Source: a virus
DNA length: 64,000 bases
IMG/VR virus record: IMGVR_UViG_3300025141_000036
Coordinates: 1-64,000 of that record
Direction: 5' to 3' (one strand)
In this document: positions 1 to 7,373 of the stretch, in pieces
How positions within the stretch are numbered: position 1 is the stretch's first letter
How the letters are laid out: the number at the start of each line of letters is the position of its first letter
Program-made: the position numbers and the translations under genes
Notes under the pieces: model-generated
Database searches by the model: none
Seen by the model: only the letters and a program-made list of their open reading frames with translations
What the model was told of the DNA's origin: nothing

Positions 1-693
1 TGCTGGTTCTAAAGCTGATGTTCCGTAAGGAGCATACTTATCATTCCCTAAAATCCTAAAATGAGCAATTTGCCAGTTTTCAAAGGTCAATCCACCACTG
101 TTCCACTGGAATTGAACATAATTAGGGTTGGTTGGGTCCTCTCCTTCTAATCTCTCGACTTCATCTTGGGGTAAACCGATACAATTTTGAATCCCCGTGT
201 GTTCGTCGATGTCTAAATATAAAAAGAAGTCTCCATATTTACACATTGTTCGTGCCCAACCAAAAAGGTTGGAATTTATGTTTAAAATATCATAATATAA
301 TGAATGAAGGATAAACTTTATCTCTTCGTTAGAACATTTAATGTTTAACATAGGGGTTAAACTAGAATGAGTTGTCATTTCATCTGCATAAATATCTAAA
401 GATGAGGCAATTTCAGGAGTGTATTCCATTTGATCAAAATCAACATAACGCTCTGAACGGTTTCTGTTAGAAATCATATTCAGTGCCATGACATTCATAG
501 GGTTGTATTCAGACTTTTTAAACTGTAATCCTGACGCGGACTGAAATTGTGACGCAAATCTATCTAGTTGCCGCCTTCTCAGTTGTCTTCCTGTTTGAGT
601 TCGTCTCTTTACGATTGGTCCGGAAAAAATCCTCGTCAATGCTTTAAACAGGTTATTCTCGTTGTTGTTGGGGTTTCTATCGTTTTTAGCCAT
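1..693 (-). CDS. Portal protein, T4 gp20-like (3' end runs off the window)
   Basis: Not in the ORF track. Read manually from ATG at 693: MAKNDRNPNNNENNLFKALTRIFSG...RYVDFDQMEYTPEIASSLDIYADE...WARTMCKYGDFFLYL...FENWQIAHFR...PYGTSALEPA. These are gp20-type motifs, and the gene lies directly downstream of terminase. Confidence 0.88.
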   Translation of the reverse strand, partial: MAKNDRNPNNNENNLFKALTRIFSGPIVKRRTQTGRQLRRRQLDRFASQFQSASGLQFKKSEYNPMNVMALNMISNRNRSERYVDFDQMEYTPEIASSLDIYADEMTTHSSLTPMLNIKCSNEEIKFILHSLYYDILNINSNLFGWARTMCKYGDFFLYLDIDEHTGIQNCIGLPQDEVERLEGEDPTNPNYVQFQWNSGGLTFENWQIAHFRILGNDKYAPYGTSALEPA

Positions 694-696
694 TTT

Positions 697-2280
697 TTAT
701 CCTTTGTAAATCCAGAAAAACTCTTTCGCTTTCTCTATTTCTTCTTCGTGTTTCTGGTCAAAAGTCTCTTTAAATCCTTTTTGACCATCAATTCGTGTTT
801 CAAAAGTTGTAGTTGTCCTCATAATACCTCCTATCATGGCCTTTTTGTATTCGATCTCTCTCTGATTTTCTTCCAATGCAGTATCGCGGACCCAGCAAGC
901 AATAGCCAAAGACATGACGAGATCGTCATTGTAAGAGCGCATTGCTTGGGGCTTGCCATTATACCAGATAAAAGTTTTAAATTCATGAAACAGCCTTGTA
1001 GAGTTCAGTTTAATTAGTTTGTTTCTAACGTACTCTTCCAATTTAGCTACAATTAAGGGTCTGGTTTTGGTACTTGTTGTAAACCCCATGACGGCACGGT
1101 CGTTACCTTCAGCCATCACAGCATCAATATATTCATGAGTCGACTTAACCGAATAATAGATCTTGGGATAACCAAGATCATTTAATTTCTCTAAAACTGA
1201 AATTCCAATTCCGTTGTTTTCTACCACTAATAAACAAAATCCATACTCTTTCCCGGATTCGTTTAAAATATTCGCGAAGAGATCTAAGCTTGGCTTCCCT
1301 TGGTATTCAGCGACGACCTCCATTGTATCAAGCCGGATGATGTGAAAAACAGAATAGTCAGCACCGTCTCCTCTGGCGACATCGGCCACAAGTACATATG
1401 AGGCTCCTTCAATATATTTTTCCCAAATCCAAAAATTTCGGTCATAGCCGGTCTTATACAACGGAGCCTTAAGGTTTTCAAATAACCATTGCATATCATC
1501 CGGATGAACAACCGTATCTCCTGACGTATTGAAGTTACATTCCAGTTCTTGAGCAATTTGTCTCCGAGACATATTCTTGGTTTCTTTTAAAAACCAGTCT
1601 TGATCTCTTTCTGGGTGTACATCCCAAGGTAAATTAATCGGGTGAAAATCGTTCTCTTCTGCATCTGCATCAACGTATGTCTTGTGAAACCAGTTTCCTA
1701 CCCCATTAGGGGTCGACAAGGCTATACAACGGCCTCCTGTTGACAGAGTAGGGTAAAGACCGGTCCACAGGTCGGCGAGGCCGTCAACGTGTGCTGCTTC
1801 GTCTATAACGAGCAGTGATAACGCTTCAGAACGACCGGCATCTCCAGAAGTGGTTCCGGCTTTGATCTGAGACCCGTTTGATAATTCAAATGAAGTCTTA
1901 TTGTCCGTGATGATCTTTGAGATCTTAATCCAATCCGGAAGGTGCTTCATGATTGCTTTTACTTTTCTTACTAAGTTGGCCGCAGTCCCAAATTTGGTTG
2001 CGATCACAAGAATGTTCTTGTCTCGGTGGAAAAGCATAAACCAGACAATGTACCCCGCTGAGATTGTGGAGATACCAAGTTGTCTGGCTTTAAGTATAAT
2101 ATTAAATCGATAATCATTAAAGTCCTTGAGTAGGTCTTTCTGATAATCGAAGGTTTTAAAAGGAATGAGTCCCCTAAGCGGATGTGAAATTAGACAATAG
2201 TTATCAATGAAGAATTGTGGATCCTTCCCGCATTTCACAATCTCCTTAACAATTTCTTGCTTGGAAAGTTTAAAAGCCAT
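697..2280 (-). CDS. terL: Terminase large subunit, T4 gp17-like
   Basis: KARQLGIST (Walker A), LLVIDEAA (Walker B), STPNG coupling motif, RNase H nuclease ADVARG...DYS and NDDLVMS. Confidence 0.96.
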   Translation of the reverse strand: MAFKLSKQEIVKEIVKCGKDPQFFIDNYCLISHPLRGLIPFKTFDYQKDLLKDFNDYRFNIILKARQLGISTISAGYIVWFMLFHRDKNILVIATKFGTAANLVRKVKAIMKHLPDWIKISKIITDNKTSFELSNGSQIKAGTTSGDAGRSEALSLLVIDEAAHVDGLADLWTGLYPTLSTGGRCIALSTPNGVGNWFHKTYVDADAEENDFHPINLPWDVHPERDQDWFLKETKNMSRRQIAQELECNFNTSGDTVVHPDDMQWLFENLKAPLYKTGYDRNFWIWEKYIEGASYVLVADVARGDGADYSVFHIIRLDTMEVVAEYQGKPSLDLFANILNESGKEYGFCLLVVENNGIGISVLEKLNDLGYPKIYYSVKSTHEYIDAVMAEGNDRAVMGFTTSTKTRPLIVAKLEEYVRNKLIKLNSTRLFHEFKTFIWYNGKPQAMRSYNDDLVMSLAIACWVRDTALEENQREIEYKKAMIGGIMRTTTTFETRIDGQKGFKETFDQKHEEEIEKAKEFFWIYKG

Positions 2281-2293
2281 TTGACCTCAATTA

Positions 2294-2647
2294 TTATTTA
2301 TTCCATTGTTGAAGAAGAGAATAGGCTCCGCCAGTATCTATACTCGCTTCCTCTAAAGTTCTGAGGGCCTTCATAATTCCTTCGAACCCTGCTCGATCTT
2401 TCTCTATTGCTTCTCTTCCGACCTTTTGCACTGCTGCAGCGATCCGTTGTGCCTCGGCTTTTGGATTCTCTTGATAGGAAGCACGAACCGCCGCGTTATA
2501 AACCGAATGCCACGGGCTATTATGATAATATTCTTGATGCCGATCGTTTTTCCATGAAGAAAAACTCTGCGGGACCTGCCTAAGTTCCAGAACGTTTTGC
2601 AGTTCTTCTCGGATTATTTGTTTTAGTTGTGGATTTGTAAGTTTCAT
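2294..2647 (-). CDS. Leader-bearing hypothetical protein (MKLTNPQLKQIIREELQNVLE...), putative head internal protein
   Basis: Start reassigned from 2791 to the ATG at 2647, which overlaps the upstream stop (ATGA) and begins the shared leader. Confidence 0.7.
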   Translation of the reverse strand: MKLTNPQLKQIIREELQNVLELRQVPQSFSSWKNDRHQEYYHNSPWHSVYNAAVRASYQENPKAEAQRIAAAVQKVGREAIEKDRAGFEGIMKALRTLEEASIDTGGAYSLLQQWNK

Positions 2648-2760
2648 TTTTTTGTTCCTTTCTTTTTTACAGGTGCCTTGCGTTGCGGTTTGGTTGCATT
2701 TATAACATTCTTTAATTCTTCGCGAATAATCTGCTTTAGTTGTTCTTGTGTAAGTTTCAT
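2644..2760 (-). CDS. 38-aa leader-bearing basic peptide MKLTQEQLKQIIREELKNVINATKPQRKAPVKKKGTKK
   Basis: Below the ORF-track length cutoff. ATGA-coupled to both neighbours and carries an intact family leader. Confidence 0.75.
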   Translation of the reverse strand: MKLTQEQLKQIIREELKNVINATKPQRKAPVKKKGTKK

Positions 2761-3311
2761 TTGTTATTTGCTCCTTTTTTAATTTTTTCATTTTGTGGGC
2801 GCTTAGTAGAGTGTTGCGCTAAAAATTTTCTAGTTACTTCGTTTTCAGTATCTCTAGAAGGTTCTAAGAGCGGATCTCCTTTTAGCCCCGAGATTTTATA
2901 ATTTTGATGAGCCTTGACAAACGATCGGACTCTCGAGATAGCTATAAAATCAACAACGGGTTCACCTTGTTTTGTCAAAGTAACACTGTTACCTGTTATT
3001 TTTTTGTACTCTCTTTGGAGGAACTTTTTCACTTCATTCAACATTGATTCGATTTCGTTCTCGAATTTTGGATCAGCAGCCTTCTTTAGAGGATAATCGC
3101 TTTGATAAGTAATGCAGACCGAATTAGCAGAAAATCTAACTGCGAATCCATCATTCACTCTCTTATCAGTTATGGGGTTTCCCTCTTCTCTTTTAAGACC
3201 AACCTTGCGAGCCTCTCCATCAGATGAATACCTTTCATCATGTGCACCATCATAGCCATTTGCGGCTGCTTGTGCTAGGCCTTGTATAATTTCTAGTGTA
3301 TTTGAGCTCAT
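2757..3311 (-). CDS. Hypothetical phage protein (184 aa)
   Basis: Intact ORF coupled within the operon; no recognised motif. Confidence 0.7.
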   Translation of the reverse strand: MSSNTLEIIQGLAQAAANGYDGAHDERYSSDGEARKVGLKREEGNPITDKRVNDGFAVRFSANSVCITYQSDYPLKKAADPKFENEIESMLNEVKKFLQREYKKITGNSVTLTKQGEPVVDFIAISRVRSFVKAHQNYKISGLKGDPLLEPSRDTENEVTRKFLAQHSTKRPQNEKIKKGANNK

Positions 3312-3314
3312 ATT

Positions 3315-3932
3315 TTATTCTCCTGGTCCTTTGGGGTTTTTACCCTTTTTAAGATTAGCTTTGTGAACGTCTCCACTTTTAAAACGTTTGGCTAAATTAT
3401 ATTGAGGAGAACCTTCGGGACACTCTTTTGTTCCCATGGGAGTACAACGTCCTTTTTTGAGATCTGATCCTTGGATCCAATCTTTCTCTTCCTCTATTTC
3501 TGATTTGGCCGCCAAACCAGCGTCTTCATAACTTTGCATATTATAAAATGGAATGTTTTCTGGGTTTTCATTTCTGATAAAGAGTTGGCTCCACACCAAC
3601 CTTTGAAAGTCGTGTTTGAATTCATTATCGAAAGGTTCTGCTCCGATTAACTTTGGAGCGTCTTCTAGGCCCCAGCCATAGTCAAGTTTCTTTTTGAACA
3701 TACCGTGCTCTTTATCAAAAAGGTCCTCGAGACCAGCTCCGGTTTTTAATTGCTTAACTGCTAATTGAACAACCTTATTATAACGATTCAACATTTCGCT
3801 TTTGGTTTGTTTTGACATGCCAAGCAATTCATGTTTAAAATACTTCCACACTTTTGACTTCATGTCATCAAATCGGCCTTCTTCCAATTCTTCCTTTATA
3901 AGTTTTTTTAGATAATTGGGTGTTAATTTCAC
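3315..3932 (-). CDS. Leader-bearing hypothetical protein (GTG start; [M]KLTPNYLKKLIKEELEEG...)
   Basis: GTG at 3932 overlaps the upstream TGA and has GGAG upstream. Leader variant; C-terminal KDWIQG...CTPMGTKECP motif. Confidence 0.68.
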   Translation of the reverse strand: MKLTPNYLKKLIKEELEEGRFDDMKSKVWKYFKHELLGMSKQTKSEMLNRYNKVVQLAVKQLKTGAGLEDLFDKEHGMFKKKLDYGWGLEDAPKLIGAEPFDNEFKHDFQRLVWSQLFIRNENPENIPFYNMQSYEDAGLAAKSEIEEEKDWIQGSDLKKGRCTPMGTKECPEGSPQYNLAKRFKSGDVHKANLKKGKNPKGPGE

Positions 3933-4306
3933 TTGTTTGGTCTCCAGCCTTTCATCCATCGTTCTTCTCTGTTTTCGACCCACTGAATGTAACACTTGTT
4001 GCAACATTCGAATTTGGTCATGTAAACATCATCATTCGATTTAAATGAATATGTATTACAAACAGGACAAGAGCGCTTGGATTCTTCTTTAAGTAGTTTT
4101 GAGGGGATAAAAACGCCATGGATCTCTTCTTTGTCTAGGTCTTCGCTGGTCGTGTTGTCCTTGTAGGTCTTTTTAAGTTGAACTAAATAGTCTTTTTCTT
4201 TTTCATCATCCCAGGTGGCTGCGGGATTCACAACAGCTGCTTCCCCGTACTTCTTTGCTATTGCTTGTTCTACTTTAACGGCGTAGTTTGGGTCTTTCTT
4301 GTTCAT
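3929..4306 (-). CDS. Hypothetical protein with C-terminal Zn finger
   Basis: CPVC...CCNKC cysteine pattern; GAGG SD upstream. Confidence 0.7.
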   Translation of the reverse strand: MNKKDPNYAVKVEQAIAKKYGEAAVVNPAATWDDEKEKDYLVQLKKTYKDNTTSEDLDKEEIHGVFIPSKLLKEESKRSCPVCNTYSFKSNDDVYMTKFECCNKCYIQWVENREERWMKGWRPNK

Positions 4307-4337
4307 ATTACCTCGGTTTTTTAGGGATTATTGGATC

Positions 4338-4757
4338 TCAGCGCATTTTGTCCAAGTCGTCTTTGGTGTATGGCTGAGGCCGATCGGGATCTTGAGGATA
4401 TGCTCTAAATTCTTGATCCAGTCTCGATGCCGATTTCATACTTTTAAAATATTGACTGGATATATCTCCGTCGCGTTTTTTGTAGTAAACAATGGTATGG
4501 TCTTTTGTACCTTCAGGGATTTCACTGTCCTCGTTGCCGATATAAACAGCAGGCTTTTTAACTTGGTATGTCCTTTTTGTTTTAGGGTCGTAATTGGTTA
4601 GTAACGCTTGAAACTTTTCACCGGGCTGTATGGCTTTGGCTTCAACAGCCGCATGAACGTCCTTTGGTTCATACGTTTTGCTTTCGCTATCTTCATTAAC
4701 GAGACTTTCAAGTTCTTCTTTAATAATTTGTTTTAATTGTTCTTTAGTGAGTTTCAT
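4338..4757 (-). CDS. Leader-bearing hypothetical protein (MKLTKEQLKQIIKEELESLVNE...)
   Basis: Shared leader, GGAG SD, ATGA overlap. Confidence 0.75.
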   Translation of the reverse strand: MKLTKEQLKQIIKEELESLVNEDSESKTYEPKDVHAAVEAKAIQPGEKFQALLTNYDPKTKRTYQVKKPAVYIGNEDSEIPEGTKDHTIVYYKKRDGDISSQYFKSMKSASRLDQEFRAYPQDPDRPQPYTKDDLDKMR

Positions 4758-5092
4758 CTTTCATATTCTCCTGTAAGGTAAACATATCGTCCTGCTGCGG
4801 GCTGATCTATATCCCATTCTCTTGGTACATCTTTTGTCATGATTCGAGCGCTGTCTCCATCATCAAAATAAATAACAATTTCACCATCGTCTTCCACATC
4901 TTTCTCCAAAAAATCATATTTCTTAAGAAACATTTCTACTTTAGATGGACTTGTTTTTGGGGCAATCCGCGGACCGTCTTTGGCTCCCCAATCTCCCCAA
5001 TCGTCGAGGCCATATCGGCCAAACATATTAGATTGGCTCTCGAGAACATTTTCAAGTTCTTCTTTGATAATTTGTTTTAATTGTTCTTTAGT
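4706..5092. repeat. 43-bp near-perfect direct repeat (copies at 4706-4748 and 5050-5092) encoding the leader
   Basis: tttcaagttcttcttt[a/g]ataatttgttttaattgttctttagt; 42 of 43 positions identical by manual comparison. Confidence 0.9.
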
Positions 5093-5101
5093 TATTTTCA
5101 T
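4754..5101 (-). CDS. Leader-bearing hypothetical protein (MKITKEQLKQIIKEELENVLE...)
   Basis: Shared leader; ATGA overlaps at both ends. Confidence 0.75.
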   Translation of the reverse strand: MKITKEQLKQIIKEELENVLESQSNMFGRYGLDDWGDWGAKDGPRIAPKTSPSKVEMFLKKYDFLEKDVEDDGEIVIYFDDGDSARIMTKDVPREWDIDQPAAGRYVYLTGEYER

Positions 5102-5316
5102 TTTCTATAAATCCTTTTGAGTTGCTCCAACTCGGCATCTTGTTCCTCGTCGGACATTGCTTGAAACTCTTGACTATTCATTAATTCATCAAATGCAGCG
5201 TCGTAATCTGCATCGGCTTTTTCAGCAGGATAATTTCGAATATCTCCAGCTTCATCTAACATAATTTCAAGCTCTTCTTTAATTGTTCTTTCTAGTTGTT
5301 CTTTGGTTATTCGCAT
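5098..5316 (-). CDS. Leader-bearing acidic small protein (MRITKEQLERTIKEELEIMLDE...)
   Basis: Start reassigned from 5379 to the ATG at 5316 (GGAG SD, just after the upstream stop). Confidence 0.7.
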   Translation of the reverse strand: MRITKEQLERTIKEELEIMLDEAGDIRNYPAEKADADYDAAFDELMNSQEFQAMSDEEQDAELEQLKRIYRK

Positions 5317-5317
5317 C

Positions 5318-5542
5318 TTAAATTTCTCCGTAGTAACGCTTGCCGTTAATTTCGACAGCGTCTTCATAGCCATAATCACCGGGCTTTACTTCCCAAAATT
5401 CTGCGTCTTCGATGGAACCACCGTCGGGCACGAGTTCTCTTTTAACCATGTCTGCGAAGATTACTTCCTTTGCTTCTTGAGGAACCTCTGATTTCATTAT
5501 TTTTGCTATCATTCTTTTAAGCATTTCTTCAGTTATTCGCAT
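5318..5542 (-). CDS. Small protein with degenerate leader (MRITEEMLKRMIAKIMKSE...)
   Basis: Leader-like N-terminus; sits in the array; GAGGG SD. Confidence 0.62.
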   Translation of the reverse strand: MRITEEMLKRMIAKIMKSEVPQEAKEVIFADMVKRELVPDGGSIEDAEFWEVKPGDYGYEDAVEINGKRYYGEI

Positions 5543-5936
5543 CGATTTCCCTCACGGCATAATATGTCCCCAGTGATGTTCCTGTCGCAAGCAAAAAGCC
5601 TCCGAAGAAAGCCCACATGGTTTTGTTTGGCTTCATTTCTTTCCGGAGCGTTGCAATTTCGGTATCGCGAATCTCCAGTAGAGTTGTATTTTTTGCGGTT
5701 TCTGTTTCCAACTCTGCTTTTAAATAGTCTAATTCCAGTTGTAATTCCGCTTTTGTTGTAGCAATTGCTAATGATTTTTGGATCTCGCACTGCTCAACGG
5801 ACATCTCACGACCAGCAATAATGTTGGCCACCGCCTCATCATTCATTAGACGGCCGTCAAAGGGTGCTACGTCGCCTTCTTCAAGGTGAACCATCAAAGG
5901 CTCTGCTAACGCTGTAGAAAGCAAGAATAGGATCAT
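5529..5936 (-). CDS. Exported/membrane protein: short signal peptide, coiled coil, C-terminal TM helix (possible spanin-like)
   Basis: MILFLLSTALA|EP signal-like start; heptad region LELDYLKAELETETAKNTTLL; hydrophobic MWAFFGGFLLATGTSLGTYYAV. Confidence 0.6.
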   Translation of the reverse strand: MILFLLSTALAEPLMVHLEEGDVAPFDGRLMNDEAVANIIAGREMSVEQCEIQKSLAIATTKAELQLELDYLKAELETETAKNTTLLEIRDTEIATLRKEMKPNKTMWAFFGGFLLATGTSLGTYYAVREIDANN

Positions 5937-6532
5937 TACGCCTCTTCCTGTTGATAGTGACTTTTAACAAGTGCAACAATCTCTTCTGCTGTGGCTAGTG
6001 GCCAACCTTGAGATTCATAACGCTTAAATTCGTCCTCGATCCACTTAATCGATTCATCGGTTACTCCGGTCTTGGGAGAATCTCCGGTCCTTGGTGCTCG
6101 GTCTTGATAGGCCTGGGCGACAGTTTTGGGATCACGATACAAGCAAATCTTTTCTGCGTGTTCTGGAAACTTAAAGGGCATCCTATAGTCAATCCACGCA
6201 ATTCCAACAAGAAACATGTCTTGCTCTGCATGGTCAATTATAAAATCATTAATCCCACTATTCATTTTAGGTGTAGCTGCTTTCTTGAGAGCCATAACGG
6301 TTTTGCTGTTTTCATCTCTTTCATCCTCGGGCACCTCATTCCAATTGGGGGTTGCAGCCTCAACTGCCGGAATGTAGTCTATATCCTGAATTATAAGGTT
6401 GGGAGCATTTAATGCTTTCACTTTATCCATCAAATAACTTTTACCAACCGCCGGTGGTCCGGCAATAACCCAAAGTTTATTGTTTCCTTGTTCTTCTAGA
6501 AACCTATTCCAATTTTCCATTATAAGTTTCAT
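5936..6532 (-). CDS. P-loop kinase (NMP/AAA_33-like) with second-family leader MKLIMENWNRFLEE
   Basis: WVIAGPPAVGKS Walker A followed by IIQDID. Confidence 0.7.
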   Translation of the reverse strand: MKLIMENWNRFLEEQGNNKLWVIAGPPAVGKSYLMDKVKALNAPNLIIQDIDYIPAVEAATPNWNEVPEDERDENSKTVMALKKAATPKMNSGINDFIIDHAEQDMFLVGIAWIDYRMPFKFPEHAEKICLYRDPKTVAQAYQDRAPRTGDSPKTGVTDESIKWIEDEFKRYESQGWPLATAEEIVALVKSHYQQEEA

Positions 6533-6933
6533 GGCTTATCCTTTGGATCCATAACAAGGATTCCAAATTCATCGGCGAGGATGCGATCAATTGCTTCTGG
6601 GTTGTCTTTGTTTTCTTCGACAAGCCTTCGCACTCTCTCTGCTTTTATCAATTCAGCATGGTCGCTAGACTCCATAGCTGTTTTGTTTGCAATCTCTAAA
6701 GCTCGTTTGTATTTAATGTTGGCTTCGGTTTGCATCTCTGTTTTCTTTTGGGAGGATCCTTCAATCGCATCGATCTCTTTCTTATAAAGTTCTCGAGACA
6801 TTTGTAATTGAGTTTGAAGGGCTCTGACCTTCTTACCTCCAAGAGCGTAAGCCAAAACAATAGCGCCTCCGATAACCAGAAATCTCCAGTTATGGAAGCA
6901 CCATAGTTTTATTTTAGCCCACTTAAGCCTCAC
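6529..6933 (-). CDS. Single-TM protein with coiled coil (possible i-spanin-like)
   Basis: FLVIGGAIVLAYALG TM followed by a long charged helical region; directly downstream of a holin-like gene. Confidence 0.5.
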   Translation of the reverse strand: MRLKWAKIKLWCFHNWRFLVIGGAIVLAYALGGKKVRALQTQLQMSRELYKKEIDAIEGSSQKKTEMQTEANIKYKRALEIANKTAMESSDHAELIKAERVRRLVEENKDNPEAIDRILADEFGILVMDPKDKP

Positions 6934-6936
6934 GAC

Positions 6937-7176
6937 TTATCCTCCGTGTTTCCACGATTTTGCAAAATCAATTGCAGATTGTCCACCGATGTAGCAAACA
7001 GCGACCATTCCCCAAATGTCTGGGTCCAAGTGAGCCCAAAGCATCAAGCCTGTTGCCGTGAGAAAAACAAGCAATTTACGGCTTGCAATTTTTTCTTGGA
7101 TGGAATCTAGGATCCCTTTATTTTTGTTTTTAATGTACAATTCTTTTTGTATCATTACTTTCTTTTCTTCATTCAT
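6937..7176 (-). CDS. Putative holin (2 TM)
   Basis: Start reassigned to 7176 (ATGA overlap, GGAGG SD). SRKLLVFLTATGLMLW and IWGMVAVCYIGGQSAID resemble SRK-type small phage holins; basic C-terminus. Confidence 0.55.
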   Translation of the reverse strand: MNEEKKVMIQKELYIKNKNKGILDSIQEKIASRKLLVFLTATGLMLWAHLDPDIWGMVAVCYIGGQSAIDFAKSWKHGG

Positions 7177-7373
7177 TTTTGATCCTCCTCCATTCGACCT
7201 AGGCGTTGGCGCATACAATCCTCGTGTTCTTCTTGGGTTTCAGCACCTTTGCAGAATTCTGCTGCCTCTTGATCGGCTCTATCTCGCCAATCCTCTTCAA
7301 TTGTCTCTTCGGACATCACGGCTTCGAGTTCTTCTTGGATAATTTGCTTTAATTGTTGTTTTGTTATTTTCAT
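7173..7373 (-). CDS. Leader-bearing small acidic protein (MKITKQQLKQIIQEELEAVMSE...)
   Basis: Shared leader; TAATG overlap with the Mre11-Rad50 stop. Confidence 0.72.
   Translation of the reverse strand: MKITKQQLKQIIQEELEAVMSEETIEEDWRDRADQEAAEFCKGAETQEEHEDCMRQRLGRMEEDQK

Noticed and set aside
2230-2280. Terminase N-terminus MAFKLSKQEIVKEIVK resembles the leader
   Set aside because: It lacks the QLKQII and EEL core and matches the usual terminase N-terminal helix before KC..DP.YF; probably coincidental.
2294-7373. Leader repeats as a CRISPR array or integron attC sites
   Set aside because: The repeats are in-frame coding, vary mainly at synonymous positions, are not palindromic, and are separated by gene-length, irregular intervals; no cas or integrase gene is in view.
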